A DNA stretch of 64,000 nucleotides from Candidatus Dormiibacterota bacterium (GTDB lineage Bacteria > Chloroflexota > Dormibacteria > Aeolococcales > Aeolococcaceae): assembly GCA_036561525.1 (NCBI GenBank), contig DATBPD010000023.1:58930-122929 (forward strand), given 5' to 3'. The notes beneath the pieces are model-generated. The model was not told where the DNA came from, made no database searches, and saw nothing but the letters and a program-made list of their open reading frames with translations. This document shows, piece after piece, positions 17,004-27,049 of the stretch. Position 1 is the first letter of the stretch. Each line of letters begins with the position of its first letter. The translations under genes were made by a program, and so were the position numbers.

Positions 17004-19645
17004 GCGCTGGGGGCGGGGCCATCCGCGTTCCGCTCGCCGTCGATGCGCAGTTCCGCCTCCCGGTCGGGCCGATGCTGCTCCCCGTCCGTTCGCTGGTGCT
17101 GGCGGCTCTGGCCGGCCCGCTCGCCTACGGGCTGCTCGCGATCGGGCTGCCCGGGCTGTGGGGTGCAGCGGGCGCCGGCTTCGTGCTGGCTTTGGCCGCC
17201 TCGCTCGGCTTGCCCGAGCGGCAGGGTGTGTGGCTCGGGACCCACGTCGCCTATCGCCACGCCTGGCGCATCATGCCCTCCACGGTCAGCCGCGGCCAGG
17301 CAGCACGCGCCCGTGTCCGTGCCCTGCGCGGCGCGGTTCACGTCACCGGCGAACGGCCGGCGGTCAGTCCGTCGAGGTGGGTTCCGCGCCGTCTCCGCAC
17401 CTTCCTGGTGGTGCCGGCGACCTCGACCGATGCAGCGGGAATACTGCGCCTGGACCCCGGTGGCGACCGCGCGGTGCTCATGCTCGAGGGCCCCGCTGTC
17501 AGTGTCGCAGGCGACGGGTACCTCGAATGGTGCCGCGCCGCGGTCCGCTGGATCGGGTCTCTGGACTGCCCGGCTCAGTTCATCACCCTGATGACCCACC
17601 ACGACGCCCGCCGCGTCGGCGAGGCCTTCGACCGTCGCGTCGCCGCCTGGCCGCGCACTCCGCTCTACGAGCTCGAGCGCGGGTTGGCAGGAACACTGGC
17701 GCAGACGACGCTCGGGCTGCGGCACTACGTGGTCCTTGCACCCGGTTCGGCGGGCGCCGACGGGGTGCCGCACCGCAGCACTCCATGGCGCGCCGGCGAT
17801 GCGCGCGACACCACGCACGACCAGGCTGATCGCGCTCTCCAGTCTGCGCTGCGGATGGCACCCGGCTTCGCCATCGAGGTTCGCGCGGCCGACCGCGACG
17901 ACATCGCTGCACTGCTGGCGCACACCGCGCTGGGGGCGTCGCGGGCGATGGTGGGGGAGGATGTGCTGCGGGTCGGCGACCGCCATCATGTCGTGCTGAC
18001 GACCACGCAGCTGCCCGCGATCATCGAGGTGGGGGCGGTCGTCGAAGCCATGACCCGGGCTCACGCCGTCGGAGTTGCCAGCCTGCATCTCCTGCCGGTC
18101 AGCACCGCCGTTGCCCAGAAGTACCTCCATCGTCGCTCGGCGATGCTCGACTACGTGCGCCGCCGGGGGGCTGATCCCGTGGAAGCCGAGGTGGCCCTGC
18201 AGGAGACCACCGACGTCGTGGCGGCTCTCGCACAGCGCGACATCGTTCCGTGGCGCGTCGCCCTCACCGTGTGCGTTGCGGACCGGGAGCGAGCCAGGAC
18301 GCTGGAGGCGGCGGAACGACTGGGTGCCATCCTGGCGGCGCACGGCTTCCGGACAACTGAGGTGACCGGGCCGGGCCTTCTGCCGGCGCTCGCGCTCTCG
18401 CCGGGATGCGCGCCGCTTGCACGCAGCCTGATCTTGACATCCGACTCTGTTGTTGCGCGGATGCTGCCATGTCTGGGCACGCCGTTCGCCGACGTGTCGG
18501 CACCGCTCCTCGGCATCAACGTGCTCAACGGAACACCGGCGTACTTCTCCATCTGGAGCCAGCCGAACCACAACCTCGTCGTGGTCGGCAGCTCGGGCGC
18601 CGGCAAGTCGATGGCGGCCAAGACGTTGCTGCTCCGCCACGTGATGGAGGGCGTCGCGGCGGTGGTCATCGACCCCGACTCCGAGTACGGCGCGGTGATG
18701 CATGCAGTCGGTGGGCGGTACCTCGACCTCGGCACCGAGGCGCTCAACTGTCTGGGCGTCGCCCCGGACGCGTCGGCCGACACCGCGGCGGGGCTGGTGC
18801 TGCCCATCCTCTCGGTCATGGCCGGCGATGACCGCGGAGTCCGCGAAGGCCGGCCAATACGCCGCCTTCCCGACGAGGACCAGGGCTGGCTGCACGGCGA
18901 GCTCGTCGACTTCTTCGCAGCACGGAAACGCGCCGGGGCAGCAGAGGCGCTGATGCGGGAACTCGTCGACTTTCTGCAGCGCACATCGTTGCCGCGCGCT
19001 CTCACCGACCGTGAGCGCGATCGATGTCGCGTCATCACCGCACGCTTGCGTCGCTTCACGCAGGGGATGCGCGCTGCGGTCTTCGACCGGCCGTCGACAT
19101 TCTCAGTCGACGCTGGCCCGATCGCGATCGGGCTCAAATCATTCGCGATGAACTATGGCGCGGACCTCACCCCGGCCTTGGCCGTTCTGCTCACGGCGAT
19201 CCTCGCGGCGCTCGGGAAACGGCGCGGCCGGATGATCGTGGTCGTCGACGAAGCCCACCGCATCACCTCCGACCCCGACGCCGGCGAGGTGCTCGGTCAG
19301 CTGGTGCGCCAGGCGCGCAAGCATGGCGCCGGTGTTTGGATGCTCTCCCAGCGCGTCGAGGACTTCGTGCGCACCGACCTCGGCCGCACGCTCGCCGCCA
19401 CCTCCGCGTCGAAGCTCGTCCTCGGCACCGAGGAGGCGGTGCTCGACGAGGTGCGCGAGGTCTTCAAGCTGCGCGGCGAGGAGCTGGCTGCGATCTGCCC
19501 GTCGAGCCCCGGGAGGGGGGTGCTGCTGGCCGGCGCTGAGCGGACTGTCGTTGACGTCGTGCCGGGACCGGCGATCATGGCGATTGCCGACACGCGTGCG
19601 ACGATGTCGCCTGCGCCGGCGGGTCGCAGCGCCAACGTGGCGTAG
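17000..19645 (+). CDS. VirB3-VirB4-like conjugation/T4SS ATPase (TraC/TrbE/ConE family)
   Basis: The 881-aa product has two N-terminal TM helices (VirB3-like), Walker A NLVVVGSSGAGKS, Walker B MIVVVDEAHR, and a size typical of VirB4. Confidence 0.6.
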   Translation: MSAGGGAIRVPLAVDAQFRLPVGPMLLPVRSLVLAALAGPLAYGLLAIGLPGLWGAAGAGFVLALAASLGLPERQGVWLGTHVAYRHAWRIMPSTVSRGQAARARVRALRGAVHVTGERPAVSPSRWVPRRLRTFLVVPATSTDAAGILRLDPGGDRAVLMLEGPAVSVAGDGYLEWCRAAVRWIGSLDCPAQFITLMTHHDARRVGEAFDRRVAAWPRTPLYELERGLAGTLAQTTLGLRHYVVLAPGSAGADGVPHRSTPWRAGDARDTTHDQADRALQSALRMAPGFAIEVRAADRDDIAALLAHTALGASRAMVGEDVLRVGDRHHVVLTTTQLPAIIEVGAVVEAMTRAHAVGVASLHLLPVSTAVAQKYLHRRSAMLDYVRRRGADPVEAEVALQETTDVVAALAQRDIVPWRVALTVCVADRERARTLEAAERLGAILAAHGFRTTEVTGPGLLPALALSPGCAPLARSLILTSDSVVARMLPCLGTPFADVSAPLLGINVLNGTPAYFSIWSQPNHNLVVVGSSGAGKSMAAKTLLLRHVMEGVAAVVIDPDSEYGAVMHAVGGRYLDLGTEALNCLGVAPDASADTAAGLVLPILSVMAGDDRGVREGRPIRRLPDEDQGWLHGELVDFFAARKRAGAAEALMRELVDFLQRTSLPRALTDRERDRCRVITARLRRFTQGMRAAVFDRPSTFSVDAGPIAIGLKSFAMNYGADLTPALAVLLTAILAALGKRRGRMIVVVDEAHRITSDPDAGEVLGQLVRQARKHGAGVWMLSQRVEDFVRTDLGRTLAATSASKLVLGTEEAVLDEVREVFKLRGEELAAICPSSPGRGVLLAGAERTVVDVVPGPAIMAIADTRATMSPAPAGRSANVA

Positions 19646-20365
19646 ATGTCGGTCCCGGCGGTCGCCGCGCAGCTGCTGGCGGCACGCAGCATCCGCAAAT
19701 GGGTCGGCTGTGGCTGCCTGGTGGCCATCGCCGTCGTCGCGCTGCCGCTGTTCATGGTCTTCTCGCTGGTGAGTGGTCTCGTCTCCGGCATCACCGGCGG
19801 CGCGGCCGGCGGCAGCCAGGCCGACGGCTTCACACTCGGCGGCGCCGCCCTCGTCTCGGCCAGCGGCGAGCCGCTGCAGCCCCACACGTTCGCTGTGAGC
19901 CAGGGGTTCGGATGCACCGGCGTCGCCGTCGAAGGCCGGCCACCGGCTCCATACAGCTGCCCCCCCGACGCAGCTCACCCGACTGACCAGCGCTTCCACA
20001 CGGGCATCGACCTCGCCGCCGCTTACGGTAGCCCGGTCTTCGCGGTTGCGGCGGGCATCGTCCACGTCGTCGAGTCCTCCACCGGATTCGGCGTGCACAT
20101 CCTGCTCGCTCCGCCGGTGACCACCGGCAGGCCGGTGGTCTACCTGTACGGCCATCTGAGCGGCGTTGCCGTCGGTGACGGCGTCGCGGTCACTGCCGGC
20201 CAGCCGCTCGGGTCGGTCGGCAGCACCGGCAACAGCACTGGACCGCACCTTCACTTTGAGGTCGATGTCGGCGGTGTCCCGGTGAACCCGTGCTCGATCT
20301 TCCCCGCCGGGTACCTCGCCCCTGCGGGCGTGGCCGCCGCCGGTTGCCTGGCCTGGGCCATCTGA
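19646..20365 (+). CDS. M23 family metallopeptidase (LytM-type cell-wall hydrolase), membrane-anchored
   Basis: The product has an N-terminal TM anchor then HTGIDLAA and GSTGNSTGPHLHFEV zinc-ligand motifs. Its ATG directly abuts the VirB4-like stop (TAGATG). Confidence 0.85.
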   Translation: MSVPAVAAQLLAARSIRKWVGCGCLVAIAVVALPLFMVFSLVSGLVSGITGGAAGGSQADGFTLGGAALVSASGEPLQPHTFAVSQGFGCTGVAVEGRPPAPYSCPPDAAHPTDQRFHTGIDLAAAYGSPVFAVAAGIVHVVESSTGFGVHILLAPPVTTGRPVVYLYGHLSGVAVGDGVAVTAGQPLGSVGSTGNSTGPHLHFEVDVGGVPVNPCSIFPAGYLAPAGVAAAGCLAWAI

Positions 20366-20406
20366 CCGACGACGGCGGCGGTGGCGAACCGGCCGTGGCC
20401 CGGCCT

Positions 20407-22389
20407 ATGGTGCGCAGCGTGACGGCCAGCGATACCTCCACCATGTCGTCCTTCGCCTGGAAGCCAACGCCCGCACAGGTGGAGAAGAGCCGGCTGCGGT
20501 CGTTCATGACCAAGCTCGGTGTGGACACGCTCGAGGATCTCAACCAGCTTGCGCGACGCGACCCAGAGCATTTCTGGGGCGCCACGGTCGACGACATCGG
20601 CATCGGCTGGCAGCAGCGTCCCGACCGGATGCGCGACTCCTCGGCCGGGTTGCCGTTCACCCGTTGGTGGACCGGCGGACGGCTCAACCTCGCCACCAAC
20701 GCCGTCGACCGCTGGGCCCGGGCCACGCCCGGCCGCGACGCTGTTGTTTGGGAAGGCGACGACGGCGATCGCCGTTCGTGGACCTACCTCGAGCTTGCTG
20801 CACAGACCTCTCGCTGCGCCAACGCCCTTCGTGAGCTCGGGGTGTGTCCTGGCGACGTGGTGGGGCTCTGCCTGCCGATGCTCCCGGAGACCGTCGCCAC
20901 CTTCCTGGCATGCTCGAAGGTGGGCGCGATCGTCACTCCGCTGTTCAGTGGCTACGGCGCCGGTGCGATCGTGGCGCGACTGCGCGACTGCGAGGCCAAG
21001 ATCCTTGTCGTCGCCGACGGATTCCTGCGCCGCGGCGCGCCGATCCCGATGAAGCCGGTGGCCGACAACGTCGCCGAACAGACACCGTCGCTGCAACACA
21101 TCGTGGTGGTTCGCAGGCTTGGCAACCTCGATGTCGGTATGCAACGCCCGCGCGATGTCTGGTACGACGAGATCACGGCGGCGCAGCCTTCGGTCGCGGA
21201 GACCCACGACAGCGACGCCGACGATCCCTTCATGCTCATCTACACCAGCGGCACCACCGGGCGTCCCAAGGGCACAGTGCACGTGCAGGGGGGCTTCCCG
21301 ATCAAAGCGACCCAGGACATGGCGCACTGCTTCGACGTCGGCCCCGGCGATCGCCTGCTGTGGTTCACTGACATCGGCTGGATGATGGGGCCGTGGGCGA
21401 TCTGTGGGGCTCTCACCATCGGGGCAGCGCTGGTGGTGTTCGAGGGCGTGCCCGACCATCCCGGTCCAGACCGGCTCTGGTCGGTCGTCGAGCGTCACCG
21501 CGTGTCGGTGCTCGGCGTGGCTCCGACCGTCGTGCGAGCGCTGATGCGCCATGGTGATGAGCCCGCCGGCGTCCACGATCTCTCGGCGCTCCGAGTCCTC
21601 GGCTCCAGCGGCGAGCCATGGAACGTCGACCCCTGGCTGTGGTTCCTGGAGAAGATCGGTGGCGGCCGCTGCCCGATCATCAACTACAGCGGCGGGACAG
21701 AGGTGAGCGGCGGCATTCTCGGCGGCAATATGCTGACGCCGCTCAACCCCTGCGCGTTCGCAGGCCCCTGCCCGGGTATGGACGCTGATGTTCTTGACGA
21801 CAATGGCAACAGCGTGCGCGGCACGGTCGGCGAGCTGGTGGTGCGCTCACCGTGGCCGGGAATGACCCACGGCTTCTGGCGCGATCAAGAGCGATATCTG
21901 GAGACCTACTGGTCGCGCTGGCCGAACATCTGGGTGCACGGCGATTGGGCGGAGATCGCCGACGACGGGCTGTGGTACATCCGCGGCCGCAGCGACGACA
22001 CCATCAAGGTTGCCGGCAAGCGGTTGGGCCCCGCCGAGGTCGAGTCCGCCCTGGTCGCGCATCCCGCAGTTGCCGAGGCGGCCGCCATCGGCGTGCCCGA
22101 CTCGGTCAAGGGCGAGGCGCTGCTGTGCTTCGTGGTTCTGCGGCCCGGGATTGCGGACAGCGATGTGCTGCGCGGCGAGCTGTCTGGTTGCGTGACCGCA
22201 GAGCTCGGCAAGGCACTGAGACCCAGGGCCGTGCTTGTCATCTCCGAGCTGCCCAAGACGCGCAACGCCAAGGTTCTCCGGCGCATCGTGCGTGCGGTGT
22301 TCCTCGGCGACGACCCCGGTGACCTCTCGTCGCTGGAGAACCACACCGCCCTGGCGGCCATCGAGACTGCGCGCACTGCCGCCGGCTGA
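20407..22389 (+). CDS. AMP-forming acyl-CoA/acetyl-CoA synthetase family
   Basis: The product has WTGGRLNLATNAVDRWA, the AMP-binding motif YTSGTTGRPKG and a C-terminal GKRLGPAEVESAL. Confidence 0.85.
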   Translation: MVRSVTASDTSTMSSFAWKPTPAQVEKSRLRSFMTKLGVDTLEDLNQLARRDPEHFWGATVDDIGIGWQQRPDRMRDSSAGLPFTRWWTGGRLNLATNAVDRWARATPGRDAVVWEGDDGDRRSWTYLELAAQTSRCANALRELGVCPGDVVGLCLPMLPETVATFLACSKVGAIVTPLFSGYGAGAIVARLRDCEAKILVVADGFLRRGAPIPMKPVADNVAEQTPSLQHIVVVRRLGNLDVGMQRPRDVWYDEITAAQPSVAETHDSDADDPFMLIYTSGTTGRPKGTVHVQGGFPIKATQDMAHCFDVGPGDRLLWFTDIGWMMGPWAICGALTIGAALVVFEGVPDHPGPDRLWSVVERHRVSVLGVAPTVVRALMRHGDEPAGVHDLSALRVLGSSGEPWNVDPWLWFLEKIGGGRCPIINYSGGTEVSGGILGGNMLTPLNPCAFAGPCPGMDADVLDDNGNSVRGTVGELVVRSPWPGMTHGFWRDQERYLETYWSRWPNIWVHGDWAEIADDGLWYIRGRSDDTIKVAGKRLGPAEVESALVAHPAVAEAAAIGVPDSVKGEALLCFVVLRPGIADSDVLRGELSGCVTAELGKALRPRAVLVISELPKTRNAKVLRRIVRAVFLGDDPGDLSSLENHTALAAIETARTAAG

Positions 22390-22527
22390 CGGACCAGCAG
22401 CGGACAAAGCGACTCCATCCGCACCAGACACGGCGCACCATCCCAACGCGTGCACGGCGTGGTGGCAGGATCGCCGGTTTCTCTCCGCGTCGCCGGCGTC
22501 GCCAGCGGCTTCACGAGGTTTGTCGCA

Positions 22528-24201
22528 ATGGCCGCAACCGTCCGTCTCGCCGGCAGCGCACGGCTCCGCCCCACCGGTTCGCACGACATCAGCACCCGCC
22601 CGCTCACCGCCGGCGAGCTCGCCGCGCCCGCGGCGATGACCCTGCACCTCCGGGAGAATCCGCGAACCGACGGCGTCGGTGTCCGGCTGGCGCGGCAGCA
22701 GGCCACGCAGGTGCAGTTGCGGCGCTATGTGGGCTCGGCTGAGCTGGTGCACACGCACAGCGCTCACGCGGATGACATCGCGTCCGTGGGCAGATGGGCG
22801 GCCAACTCAGGCCTGCGTGTGCGCCGGCTCGACGGCGCCACCAACACGCTCGATGTGAGCGGTTCCGTCGGCGCGCTGGCACGGGCGTTCTCGGTCAACG
22901 TGGAGCGCTACGTCGAGCGTGAAACTCGCACCGGCACGGTGAGCATCTACCGCGATCACCACCACGAGCTCAGCGTGCCCCGAGAGCTGGACGGCATCGT
23001 CACGGCTGCGCTCGGGCTCTGCAACCGCCCCATCGCCCGCCCCCGGATCTCGGTGTTGCCTCGGGGTGTGGTGGCTCCGTACAGCTACACACCAGAGCAG
23101 CTTGCGGAGATCTACGACTTCCCCATGCTGCCCGACGGTGGTGCGAACACGCGCATCACGGTCGGCATCGCCGAGCTTGGCGGGGCCGTGCACCGTGCCG
23201 ACCTTGCCGCGTTCCGCGCCGCCAACCCACGACTGCGCGTCGTCGAGGAGGCCGTGCAGGGCTGGGGACCCCTGTCCGATCCCTTCGGGCCCGACACAGA
23301 GGTGGCGCTCGACTGGCAGGTGATCGCCGGAGTGCTGGCGCGCTGCGCACCCCAGGCTGACGTGCAGATCGTCATCAAGTACGCCCCCAACACCGACCGC
23401 GGTTTCACCAACCTCGAAGCTGCGTTCGCGACCGACGGGCGCGACTACACCGCGGTGTCAACCAGCTGGGGGGCACCCGAAGATCGCTGGGCGCCGGCAG
23501 CCATGGATGCGATGGACCGTGCCTTTCAGCTCGGCGCCGTTCGCGGCATCGCGCACAGCGTGGCCGCCGGTGACAACGGTTCCACCGACGCCCGCCACGA
23601 CGGGCACCAACATGTGGATCACCCCGCGTCGGCGCCGAATGCTGTCGGCTGCGGCGGCACGCGGCTGTTCGCCGACGGCGGCCGGCGGATCCGCGAGGAG
23701 GCATGGAACGAGCTGCGTGCCGGTCAGGGGGCCACCGGGGGCGGTGTGAGTGGCCATTTCGCCATCCCCCGCTACCAGGCCGCCGCCGGGATCCGGCCGG
23801 TGTCGGTGGACGGCGGGGTCGAGGGACGAGGGGTGCCTGATGTCGCGGCGAACGCCGACCCGCTCACCGGGTATGTGATCCACCATTGCGGGGTCGACTC
23901 CGTGGTTGGCGGCACCTCCGCGGTGGCGCCGCTGTGGACAGCGCTGTTTTCGCTCATCGCCGCGTCGACCGACCACCGCCTGGGTAACGTTCTTCCCCTC
24001 CTGTACGCGTCCCGCGACAGGGCGTTCACGGACATCAGCACGGGCGACAATGACGCGTACTCGGCGCACCCCGGCTGGGACGCGACGACCGGCCTCGGTG
24101 CCCCGTCAGGACGGGCGCTGCTCGACAGCCTCTCCTTGCCCGCTGTGCATCGCATCCGAGCCTCCCACTTTCGCGTGCCGGCGGGCCACGAGCTCGGTTG
24201 A
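22528..24201 (+). CDS. S53 (sedolisin/kumamolisin-like) serine peptidase with pro-domain
   Basis: The product has GGTSAVAPLW around the catalytic Ser and a subtilase-like fold. Its N-terminal region resembles the pro-kumamolisin activation domain. Confidence 0.75.
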   Translation: MAATVRLAGSARLRPTGSHDISTRPLTAGELAAPAAMTLHLRENPRTDGVGVRLARQQATQVQLRRYVGSAELVHTHSAHADDIASVGRWAANSGLRVRRLDGATNTLDVSGSVGALARAFSVNVERYVERETRTGTVSIYRDHHHELSVPRELDGIVTAALGLCNRPIARPRISVLPRGVVAPYSYTPEQLAEIYDFPMLPDGGANTRITVGIAELGGAVHRADLAAFRAANPRLRVVEEAVQGWGPLSDPFGPDTEVALDWQVIAGVLARCAPQADVQIVIKYAPNTDRGFTNLEAAFATDGRDYTAVSTSWGAPEDRWAPAAMDAMDRAFQLGAVRGIAHSVAAGDNGSTDARHDGHQHVDHPASAPNAVGCGGTRLFADGGRRIREEAWNELRAGQGATGGGVSGHFAIPRYQAAAGIRPVSVDGGVEGRGVPDVAANADPLTGYVIHHCGVDSVVGGTSAVAPLWTALFSLIAASTDHRLGNVLPLLYASRDRAFTDISTGDNDAYSAHPGWDATTGLGAPSGRALLDSLSLPAVHRIRASHFRVPAGHELG

Positions 24202-24950
24202 GAGCTGAGGGACTCCCGCCCGCTGCTAGTGTGGCTCCCGTGGACGAGACACAGACAGCAGCAGTCACGACGTTGTCCAGCGATAGCACTGCGGCGCGCG
24301 TCAGGGTCGCTGAGATCTCGGCGGAGCGCTACGTCGACGATCCGCCCGAGATCCCCTGGCACACCAAGCCTGGCGCCGGCGACATCGCAGTGCAGCTGCG
24401 CACCACCGTGCGCCGCGTTGCGCTCGGTGCCGGGCTGGCAAGGAGTGCCGAGCTGGTGGAGCGGGTGCGCCAGATCGAGTGCGTTCCCGCGGTCGTCACC
24501 AGTCCCGTCGGAGGAACCTTCATCATCGGCGGCGACGCGTGGCTCGGCCTCTGTGCCATCGGTGTCCCGGGGCCCGGCCAGCCGTTGCCGCTCGACTGGA
24601 TGATGCGCTCACTGCGTCGCTGGTTTGATGCCTCCCTGGCGACGCTGGGCGTGACGACGGAGGTCGGCCGCGTGGAGGGCGCCTGGTGTCCGGGCTTCAG
24701 CGATATCGCAGTGCAGGGACGCAAACTCGCCGGCCTCGGCTTTCGGGTGACGCGCGACTGGGTGGTGATGCGCGGGGTCATGGCGGTGCAACCGATGAGT
24801 GCCGCCGACCTCGACGTTCTGGTGCAATGCCACCGCCTCATCAACGTGGAGGTGCGCGGCGACACCGCCATCTCACTCTCAGAGGCCGCCGGCCTGCCGC
24901 TGCTGGACGTCGCCGCCGCCATCAACGCGCTGCGCGACGTGGAAATCTGA
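24198..24950 (+). CDS. biotin/lipoate A/B protein ligase family (LipB/LplA-like)
   Basis: The product has DIAVQGRKLAGLGFRV, which resembles the LipB catalytic-lysine region. It overlaps the S53 peptidase stop. Confidence 0.65.
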   Translation: MRAEGLPPAASVAPVDETQTAAVTTLSSDSTAARVRVAEISAERYVDDPPEIPWHTKPGAGDIAVQLRTTVRRVALGAGLARSAELVERVRQIECVPAVVTSPVGGTFIIGGDAWLGLCAIGVPGPGQPLPLDWMMRSLRRWFDASLATLGVTTEVGRVEGAWCPGFSDIAVQGRKLAGLGFRVTRDWVVMRGVMAVQPMSAADLDVLVQCHRLINVEVRGDTAISLSEAAGLPLLDVAAAINALRDVEI

Positions 24951-25033
24951 GCGCTGGGGGGTGGGTCGCGCCCCTCCACCGCAGGGTAGAGTGTGGCGAC
25001 CAACCGCCTCTGAGCCTACCCGGGAGGAACGTG

Positions 25034-25501
25034 ATGGCGACCACCGTGGTCATCGGCAACAGCAGCTACAAGCGACGGAATCCCCTGGCCGTGTGGATCG
25101 GGCTGCCGCTCATCACCCTGGGCATCTACCACTTCGTGTGGTGGTACAAGATCAACAACGAAGCGAGGCGCTTTCTCGATGACCCGACGATCCGGCCGGG
25201 CGTCGCGGTGCTGGCGCTGATTCCCGGCTCCATCCTCATCGTGCCGCCGTTCGTGTCGATCTGGCGCACCACCGGCCGCATCGCCCGGATGCAAGAGCGT
25301 GCCGGTCGGCCCGGGGAAGGCGCCACCCCGCTGATCTCTCTGCTGCTCTCCTTCCTCTTCAGCCTCCACGTGCTCTACCTGCAGATGGAGCTCAACCAGA
25401 TCTGGGACGCGTATCTGCGCGGCGGTCCCCGGCCGAGCGGCCCACCGATGCCGCCGCCGGTGGCTTCGTACGGTCCGCCGGCATCGCCGCTGCGCGGTTG
25501 A
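25034..25501 (+). CDS. DUF4234-like small membrane protein
   Basis: GGGAGG lies 7 nt upstream of the ATG. The product has two TM segments and the motif GIYHFVWWYKINNE. Confidence 0.65.
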   Translation: MATTVVIGNSSYKRRNPLAVWIGLPLITLGIYHFVWWYKINNEARRFLDDPTIRPGVAVLALIPGSILIVPPFVSIWRTTGRIARMQERAGRPGEGATPLISLLLSFLFSLHVLYLQMELNQIWDAYLRGGPRPSGPPMPPPVASYGPPASPLRG

Positions 25502-25558
25502 TCCCACCATCACACGCGCACGCGGTGCGCACCATCGCAGCGCCGTTGCGCGCCATCG

Positions 25559-26533
25559 ATGACCCAAGGGCGCGAATCTGGGGTAGGGTGGCTGCTGCCG
25601 ATGCCGACATCCGTCCCAGCACCCTTCGAAGCACTGTTTGCCGGCTCCAGCGAGGGCGATCGCGCTGCCGTCGACCTCTTGTGCCGTCTTGTCGACTCGG
25701 ACAGCGACGTGCTCCTCGAGGTGAACGGTCGGCGGGTTCCGCTGCCCGCCCCATTGCGGACGCTCCTGCAACGCGCTGTCGACCATCTCCGCCGCGGTGA
25801 TGACATCCGTCGCTCCTTCGGCCGGGCTCCTGCCCGGACACTCCTCCAACCCGTCGTCCACCTGGCCACGTCGGCGATCGCCGGCTACGAGGCGTTGAGC
25901 GACATCTCCGCGCGCGATGTCCGCAGCGCCGACAGTTGGTTCCGCGACGCGGCGGTGCTCGGCCTCGGCGAGGAGTTCGAGCTGGTGTTGCTCACCCTCG
26001 CGCTCGAGGAGCTTTCGAGCCTTCCGGACGGTGCGTATCTATCGGTGAACGTTTCGCCGCACACCCTGCTGTCATCGCAACTCCCCGAATTGCTCAGCGC
26101 AGTCGACGGCGAACGCCTCGTGGTCGAGCTGACCGAGCACGCTCCCGTGGACGACTACGCTGCCCTCGATGCCCCGCTGAAGCGGCTGCGACGGCGGGGC
26201 ATCCGCCTCGCCGTCGACGATGCCGGCGCCGGCTTCTCGAGCCTCAATCACATCCTGCTGATCCGCCCCGACATCGTGAAGCTCGACGTCTCGCTGATCC
26301 GCGATGTGGACACGGATGTCGCCCGCCGCTCGTTGGTCAGCGGCCTGTGCCATTTCACGTCCGAGATCGGGGCGGACTGCGTCGCCGAGGGCGTCGAGAC
26401 CGACGCTCAGGCCCGCGCGCTTCGCGACCTCGGTGTCGGTTTTGGCCAGGGCTGGCACCTCGGGCCTCCCCGGCGCCGGCGCGTCCGACGCGGCTCGACA
26501 GCAGTCAGGGGATCGACGCCGGCGCGACGCTGA
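25559..26533 (+). CDS. EAL-domain protein (putative c-di-GMP phosphodiesterase), stand-alone
   Basis: The product has ELTEHAPV, LAVDDAGAGFSSLNHI and EGVETDAQ motifs, with no GGDEF domain. Confidence 0.8.
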   Translation: MTQGRESGVGWLLPMPTSVPAPFEALFAGSSEGDRAAVDLLCRLVDSDSDVLLEVNGRRVPLPAPLRTLLQRAVDHLRRGDDIRRSFGRAPARTLLQPVVHLATSAIAGYEALSDISARDVRSADSWFRDAAVLGLGEEFELVLLTLALEELSSLPDGAYLSVNVSPHTLLSSQLPELLSAVDGERLVVELTEHAPVDDYAALDAPLKRLRRRGIRLAVDDAGAGFSSLNHILLIRPDIVKLDVSLIRDVDTDVARRSLVSGLCHFTSEIGADCVAEGVETDAQARALRDLGVGFGQGWHLGPPRRRRVRRGSTAVRGSTPARR

Positions 26534-27017
26534 CCCACGCCCCGCGCGTGCACGGTGTGGCCGCCGCGGTGGTGGCGCCGATCACCGGCGCGGCGTAGTA
26601 CACCCCACGAACCACAACGCTGTCGCCGAACAGGGGGAGGGGCAGTTGCACTGTCTTCTCCACTGAAGCAAAGACCTCGCACCCATCGCTGACGCACCGA
26701 ACGCCGTTGCCGGCAGCCTGTGGGACATCGGCGGTCTCGGCCACACCACCCGTCTGGGTGAGCTGTGCGGACTCGTCACCGATCTGCACGCAGCCTCGCT
26801 CGAAGGCCATCAGGCCGCCGCTCGCTCCCATGTTGACGAGATGGGTGCTCTGACCGTACAGGTAGTGTGGGTCAACCGAGTTGGCTCCAGCCTGGGCAGC
26901 GTTCTGCGCGGCAGCCTGCACGCGCGACGACCACACGAACAGGTACGCGGCGTCGGCGACGAGTGCGACCAAGCCGAAGAGAAACAGGGCGAACGCCAGC
27001 GCCATCATCATGATCAT
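26505..27017 (-). CDS. TadE/TadG-like (Flp pilus-assembly pseudopilin) protein
   Basis: The product has the N-terminal MIMMMALAFALFLFGLVALVADAAYLF typical of a TadE-like TM segment. Its 3' end overlaps the EAL gene convergently. Confidence 0.6.
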   Translation of the reverse strand: MIMMMALAFALFLFGLVALVADAAYLFVWSSRVQAAAQNAAQAGANSVDPHYLYGQSTHLVNMGASGGLMAFERGCVQIGDESAQLTQTGGVAETADVPQAAGNGVRCVSDGCEVFASVEKTVQLPLPLFGDSVVVRGVYYAAPVIGATTAAATPCTRGAWVSVAPASIP

Positions 27018-27049
27018 CTGGCCGCGCTGCTGCGGGCGCGCCGCGGCTT

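Noticed and set aside
24951-25033. A G-rich hairpin (GGGGGGTGGGTCGCGCCCCTCCACC) as an intrinsic terminator after the lipoate-ligase gene.
   Set aside because: The stem is imperfect and there is no U-tract.
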